Assembly (NCBI GenBank): GCA_963745025.1
Contig: CAVUWD010000012.1
Coordinates: forward strand, 52,961-116,960
Direction of reading: 5' to 3'
DNA: 64,000 nucleotides
From: an uncultured delta proteobacterium
GTDB lineage: Bacteria > Desulfobacterota > Binatia > JACPRU01
The notes beneath the pieces are model-generated. The model searched no databases. It was not told where the DNA came from and saw only the letters and a program-made list of their open reading frames with translations. Below are positions 58,584 to 64,000 of this stretch, in pieces. Each line of letters begins with the position of its first letter. The first letter of the stretch is position 1. The translations under genes were made by a program, and so were the position numbers.

Positions 58584-60479
58584 CTACATCCAGACGCGGG
58601 CCCACTCCTCGAAGATGAGGAGGTGCCAGAGCTCCGTGGCGGCGCGGCGGTCTCCCGTGCACCCCAGGACCACCGAGTCCTTGAGCTCACCCGAGGCGAA
58701 CAGGTCCGCACTCCGGCTGCCCGGGCCCAGGAGACGCGCCCTCGCGTGCCCGCCGAGGGCCCCCTTGAGCCAATCCACCAAGGGGACCGGGAACCCTCGC
58801 TTGGGCCTGGAGAGGATCTCCGCCGGGAGGCGCGAACGCGCGAAGTCCCGGAGGATCCGCTTCGTCTGGAGGGCCCCGTTCGAGTCGGGCGCCACCTTGA
58901 GCTCCGCCGGCTGGGTCGCGAGCCACTCCACGATGCGGTAGTCGAGGAAAGGCACGCGCAGCTCTAGGGAGGCGGCCATGGTCATGCGGTCCGCCTTCAT
59001 GAGGAGGTCCTCCACCAGCCAGTCTTGCGAGTAGACGTACAGCATCTGGTGAAGGGGGTCCCGGGTCCCGGCCTCACGGTAGTGGCGGCGCAGGACTTCC
59101 CCGGAGTCCTGCATCGTGCCCGCCCCGGGCCAGAGGCGGTGCTTCTCCCGGCTGGACGAGTAGTTCGTCATATGGGGAAGCAGCTCGAGGTTCGCGTCGG
59201 ACAGGGGCAGATTGCGGACCCGCACCCTCTCGGCCAGGTCCTTCAGTCCCAGGGCCGAGAGGAGCCCCTCGGGGATCGTGGAGCGGATCAACCTGGGAAG
59301 CCGCTGGTAGCGCTTCACCTTCCGCCACGTGGCAACCCGGTCGTCGAACGTGTACCCGGCTAGGATCTCGTCGGCCCCCTCCCCCGACAAGACTACCTTG
59401 ACCTGTTGCACCGTCTCACGGGCCAGGAGGCCTAGAGGCACGCACGAGGGGTCGGCCAGCGGCTCGTCTGTGGACGTCACCATCTCTGGGAGGAAGGGTA
59501 TGAAGTCCTCCAGGCCGATGACCAGCTCGGTGTGCTCGCTCCCGAAGTGCTCCGCGACCTGGCGGGCAAAGGGGAACTCGCTGTACTCGCCTCCCTCCCG
59601 GAAGCTCACCGAGAAGGTGGCGAGGGCGGCGTTGCGGACCTCGGAGACGGCGGCGGCCACCGCGCTCGAGTCGAGGCCGCCCGAAAGGAAGATCCCCACA
59701 GGCACGTCGGCCACGAGCCGGCGCTTCACCGAGTCCAGGAAGAGCTCGGAGAAGCGCTCCAGGGCCTGGTCGTAGGGGAGGGGTGAGACGTCGTCCCGGT
59801 AGTCGATCCGCCAGTAGCGCTCCACCGTCAGCTTCGGCGAGTCCCCGCCGGCGTCCAGGATGAGCCGGTGCCCGGGCGGGAGCTTGCGGATGCCCTTCCA
59901 CATGGTGGTCGGGGCGGGCACGTACCGGAAGGTCAGATAGTGCCAGAGGCCCTCGCGGTCCATCTCCCGAGGGACGAGGCCCGAAGCCAGCAGGGCCTTG
60001 ATCTCCGAACCGAAGACCAGGCAGCTGCCGTCCCAGTAGTAGTAGAGCGGCTTGATTCCCATCCGGTCCCGGGCCAGGAACAGGCGCTGGCGGGCGTGGT
60101 CCCAGATGGCGATGGCAAACATACCGTTGAGGCGATGGACGCATTCGACGCCGTCTTCCTCGTACTGGTGGAGGATGCACTCGGTGTCCGTCCGTGTGCG
60201 GAACCGGTGCCCCTTCGCCAGGAGCGTCTCGCGCACCTCCTGGAAGTTGTAGATCTCACCGTTGAAAACGATCTGCAGGGTCTCGTCCTCGTTTGCGATC
60301 GGCTGCGCGCCGCCCGCGAGGTCGATGATGCTCAGCCGCCGCATGCCGATGCCCACGCGCTCCTCGACGAAGAAGCCGTCGTCATCGGGGCCCCTGTGCC
60401 GAATGGAGCCGGCCATGGCGCGGAGTATTTCTGGGGCAACGCGTCCGTCGGACGTGAAGACTCCCACGATTCCGCACAT
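58584..60479 (-). CDS. asnB: Asparagine synthase (glutamine-hydrolysing)-like amidotransferase
   Basis: MCGI, HRGPDD, RLSIID, FNGEIYN, FLSGGLDSS, SGEGADE, ELRVPFLD. Confidence 0.93.
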   Translation of the reverse strand: MCGIVGVFTSDGRVAPEILRAMAGSIRHRGPDDDGFFVEERVGIGMRRLSIIDLAGGAQPIANEDETLQIVFNGEIYNFQEVRETLLAKGHRFRTRTDTECILHQYEEDGVECVHRLNGMFAIAIWDHARQRLFLARDRMGIKPLYYYWDGSCLVFGSEIKALLASGLVPREMDREGLWHYLTFRYVPAPTTMWKGIRKLPPGHRLILDAGGDSPKLTVERYWRIDYRDDVSPLPYDQALERFSELFLDSVKRRLVADVPVGIFLSGGLDSSAVAAAVSEVRNAALATFSVSFREGGEYSEFPFARQVAEHFGSEHTELVIGLEDFIPFLPEMVTSTDEPLADPSCVPLGLLARETVQQVKVVLSGEGADEILAGYTFDDRVATWRKVKRYQRLPRLIRSTIPEGLLSALGLKDLAERVRVRNLPLSDANLELLPHMTNYSSSREKHRLWPGAGTMQDSGEVLRRHYREAGTRDPLHQMLYVYSQDWLVEDLLMKADRMTMAASLELRVPFLDYRIVEWLATQPAELKVAPDSNGALQTKRILRDFARSRLPAEILSRPKRGFPVPLVDWLKGALGGHARARLLGPGSRSADLFASGELKDSVVLGCTGDRRAATELWHLLIFEEWARVWM

Positions 60480-61046
60480 TCAGGCAGTCACGTCTTTGTC
60501 GGTGAGCGGACCGTGCCCGGCAATCACGACGTCGATATGCGCACGACCAAGGTGTATTGGGAGACGTGGTCGAGGCTGCGCGCCGTGGCCACGCAGCTGG
60601 CGTTGCTCGAGGCGGCGGACGCAGGCGACTATTCGATCGACCACGTTCTCAGGCAGTTGACCTTCCCCCTGCGCAGGCAAGCCTGAGAGCCGGCTACTTG
60701 TCGAGGGCCATGGCGACTGTCCACCTTCTCTAGATGATCCCTTGCCTGGCACGCTCCGATTTAATCGAAATTAGACAGTCTAAGTCACTCAGCCACGCCG
60801 AGTCGATTCTTGACCACATCGACCTTGGTGGAGAATACCCTTCCCCTCCGGCTATCGCCAGGAACGGCGGCGCGGGGACGGCCCTCGGGCTGCAATTGAT
60901 CAAAGCGTTCGAGCTGAAAGCAGGCGGCGCCGTTTTCGTCTTTCCGAAACATGTGCGTGTCTTCGTCGAAGACCACCAGATGCTGAGCGCCTGGGTGTGA
61001 TGAGGCGAGGGGGTCCCGGCCTTCTGAGGCCTGACCAGGAGACGGC

Positions 61047-62297
61047 GTGAGAAGGTCAGGCCTCCAAGGTGGCAGCCCTCCGTGGTGGTGCACATGCCGG
61101 TTCCTGTTCGGGCTGGGGGCCGGCGTCTGCCTGATGTTTTTTGTGGGCGTGGGCTGGCGCGGCACGCACTGCGCATTCATCCAGGGCGACGGGCTCGGCT
61201 ACTACGCGTGGACCCGTTCCGTGCTGCTGGACCGCGACGTGGACTTCACGAACGAGTACTTGCTGACCGAAGGGCACACGGCGGCCTCCACCCACCTTGC
61301 TCACACCACGCCGAAGGGCCTACCGCTGAACATCTACTCGATCGGCCTGCCGCTGATTGAAATGGTGCCGGCAACGGTGGCGCGGACCGCCGAGTGGCTC
61401 TTGCAAGTGCCGCCAACCGGGCGGCCGGGCTACGGTCCCGCTTATCAGTGGAGCGTAGCCCTGTTCCTTTGCCTGGGTAGCCTGAGTGTGCTGTACGCCG
61501 CCTTCCGACACCTCGAGGCGACGGCTGGTCGGTCCGTCGCTTTCCTGCTCGCGTTCGGTACGCTGGGCGCCACCAACCTCCCTGAGTATCTGACTCGGGG
61601 CGTCACATATACTCATATCACGGACGTCGCCCTCGTCTTCGCGGTGTGGCTCGTGGCCGACCGCGCCTTGCTCTCGGTACGCTGGTATGCGTTGCTCGGC
61701 CTTCTTGTCGGGCTCGCCGTAGTCGTTCGGTACACCAACGTACTCACGATGCCCTGGGCGTTGGCGTGGCTGTGGGCCCGTGGACACAGACCCCGCTGGC
61801 AAGACGCTGTCGCCTTCGGGCTCGGGATGCTGCCGCCCCTCGGCGTGCAGGTCACAGCAAACGTCGCGCTCTGGGGAATCCCGTTTCCGCAACGCTTGTA
61901 CGCCGACCGCGGGTTTCGGTGGCTCCATCCGCGAATGTGGGATTCGCTCCTCTCGGTCGAGCGCGGGTGGCTGGTCTGGCATCCGTGGTACGCGCTGCTG
62001 CTCATGCTCTTCGGCCTCTCGTGGCGGCACTATCGCACGTGCCGTGCCGGCCAGCTCGTCTACGCGACAGCCGCCCTGGCGTGTATCGGTCTGTGGTATG
62101 TCAATTCGGCCTGGAGCGTGTGGACCTTTGGCTTCAGCTTCGGCAACCGGGGATTTCTGGCCGCCACACCCGTTCTGACGGTGACGGTGGCCTTGGCCGC
62201 GCCCACCCTGCTCGCACGGATCCGGGATGAGCCGGAATCTCGCGTCGCCTTCGCGCTGGGATTCGGCGTCGTCACCGCCTTCGTCCTATGGAACGCT
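61047..62297 (+). pseudogene. GT-C-fold (PMT-like) membrane glycosyltransferase interrupted by IS110 copy 2
   Basis: GDGLGYYAWTRSVLLDRDVDFTNE, multi-TM, WTFGFSFGNR; the frame runs into the IS end at 62298. Start uncertain. Confidence 0.72.
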
Positions 62298-62298
62298 C

Positions 62299-63715
62299 CT
62301 AAGAAACAACGACAGTAGGGGTTTGTAATTGCACGAGTTGGAAGCCGAGAGAGGCGGCGCGCTTGGAGAGAGAGCGGACGGTGCGCTCGCGGAATTTGAG
62401 TTCGTAGTAATCGATGCCGAGATCTTTGTAGGGTTGGCGGTGCTTCCACATTCGGTAGAAGATGCGCGAGAGCTTGTGGGCGGTGGCGGTGATGGCCTTG
62501 GGGGGGCCCGAGTCGGGCGCGCATGCGGCGATGAAAGGCACCCAGAGCGGTGTGGCTGTTGCCGGCAGACTGAGCGGCTCGGCGTAAGGCAGTGGCCACA
62601 CGGTTGGAGGCTTTTCGGGTCTTGGAGCTTTTCACTTCTCCTCCGGTGACACAAGCGGCCGCCGGGGCACAGCGCAAGCCAGGAGGCGAAGTGCTTCTCG
62701 GAGGGAAACTTCGAGGGATCGAGGCCGACCTCGGAAAGGATGGTCTGCACGGTGAGGGCATCGAACCCCGTGATGGCGGTGAAGTCGACGCCTGAGATTC
62801 GATAGAGGTGGGTGCGCAGGTCGAAGCCAGCCTCGTTGCGCTGGGGCTTGCGGTGGGTGGCCTTGGGTTGTCCCAGGGGCGTGAGAGCAGGGTCGACTTG
62901 GGTGTCGAAGCCGCCCAGGCATTGCTCGATCCGCAGGTCGCAGTCGGCAATCATGCTGCGGTAGGTGTCATAGAGCGAGAGGCATTGCTCAAGTGCGAAG
63001 AGGTGCTCGGGTCGGTAGTCGCCCTGGAGGGATTGGGCGATGCGCTCGGAGGTGCTCTGACGCGATGATCGCGCATCGCGGCCAGAAGCTGTGGATCTCG
63101 CTCACCGGCGAGGATGGAGCGAATGATTCTCATGCCGCTGACGCCGGTGATGTCACTGATGACCTTGTGAAGCTGGATGTTCATCTGGGTCAGGGCCTTC
63201 TGCATGCGCTGCACGTGAGCGGCCGCGTCGCGGATGAGAGTATCGCGCTGGCGGATGTAGCTGCGCAGCACGCAGGTCTCATCGTCGGGACGAAACGATC
63301 CCGAGAGTAGACCAAAGGTGTGCAAACCTGCTGGAGCCACTGGCAGTCCTGGATGTCGCTTCTTCCGCCGGGGTAGGTTTTTGACGTGGTGGGCGTCAAC
63401 CAGCTTGACCTCGAAGCCGCGCGTCTCGAGGATCTGAAAGAGCGGGATCCAGTAGACTCCGGTGGATTCCATGACCACGGTGTCGACTCCGCACTGCTCG
63501 AGCCAGTCAGCCAGACGGTGCAAATCGGCGGTGAAGCACTCGAAGCGATGGGCTGCTGGATCGCGGTCCTCGGGAACCGCCACGTAGTGCTCGGCGGATC
63601 CGACATCGATGCCGGCGGCGTTGAGGTGCACAGCCTTGAGGCTCGCGGGCAACCCCGTTCCTCGCGCGACGCTCTTTCTCTTTCGGCCTGCGCCGGGTTT
63701 GATAGACTCCTTCAT
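62299..63715 (-). pseudogene. IS110 transposase, multiply frameshifted
   Basis: Indels relative to copy 1 near 62500, 62655, 63058, 63325-63360 and 63548. Confidence 0.85.
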
Positions 63716-63736
63716 CGAGTACACCTCCTTGGAGTT

Positions 63737-63929
63737 GGGATGTGCTCGGGCCGGGTGGGTCGAAGGTGAGAAATCTCCTAAACGGGATAACCCTCCGTGC
63801 GAGGGAGGGCTTCACCAATGAAACAACCGCAAGCCCCCCGGAACCATGCTAACCCACGGGCGCGAAGGCACCATTGGCGCTACGGTCTTAGCTACCCGAG
63901 CACATCCCGGTGTACTCGACGCACACCGG
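63737..63929 (-). ncRNA. Putative bridge/seek RNA, copy 2
   Basis: Appears identical to 20654..20846. Confidence 0.68.
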
Positions 63930-64000
63930 CGCAGCAAAGACACTCAGGTTTCTTCCATCAACAACACCGCGCCTCGCGCGGGGTCAAATGCTAACCTGTG

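Larger units (their letters stand above)
62296..63997 (-). mobile_element. IS110-family insertion sequence, copy 2
   Basis: Near-identical to 19217..20914; same CT-bounded ends. Confidence 0.92.

Noticed and set aside
60730-61000. Short ORFs on both strands between asnB and the glycosyltransferase
   Set aside because: No RBS or recognisable motif; I could not decide which frame, if any, is coding.

Overview
High-GC bacterial chromosomal window, densely coding, with many catabolic and lipid genes. The gene content would fit Candidatus Binatia or a similar environmental lineage, but this is only an inference. From left to right: the 5' end of a type I PKS (minus strand, runs off the window) downstream of a translationally coupled four-gene acetophenone-carboxylase-like operon with no epsilon subunit; a Cu+ P1B-ATPase, a GNAT and a WS/DGAT; a decayed integrase-less integron cassette array (three attC sites, MOSC remnant, BrnT/BrnA). 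One attC is hit at one end by an IS110 element with a clearly structured bridge-RNA-like 5' region and at the other end by an IS1634. Then come an LLM monooxygenase, acyl-CoA dehydrogenase, a second WS/DGAT, threonine aldolase, patatin and malic enzyme; a MocR-omega-aminotransferase-CapB/CapA lactam catabolic module; an orphan GrdB/PrdB-type selenoprotein (in-frame UGA, UxxC, SECIS-like hairpin) with a glutaredoxin, divergent from an orphan Tat-less ethylbenzene/steroid-C25-dehydrogenase-type molybdoenzyme; glycogen phosphorylase; and an envelope-modification region (HTTM-like protein, asnB, GT-C) interrupted by a second IS110 copy. Four isolated +1 frameshifts look like sequencing errors. No rRNA, tRNA or CRISPR array was seen. 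All protein calls come from motif recognition, not database searches.
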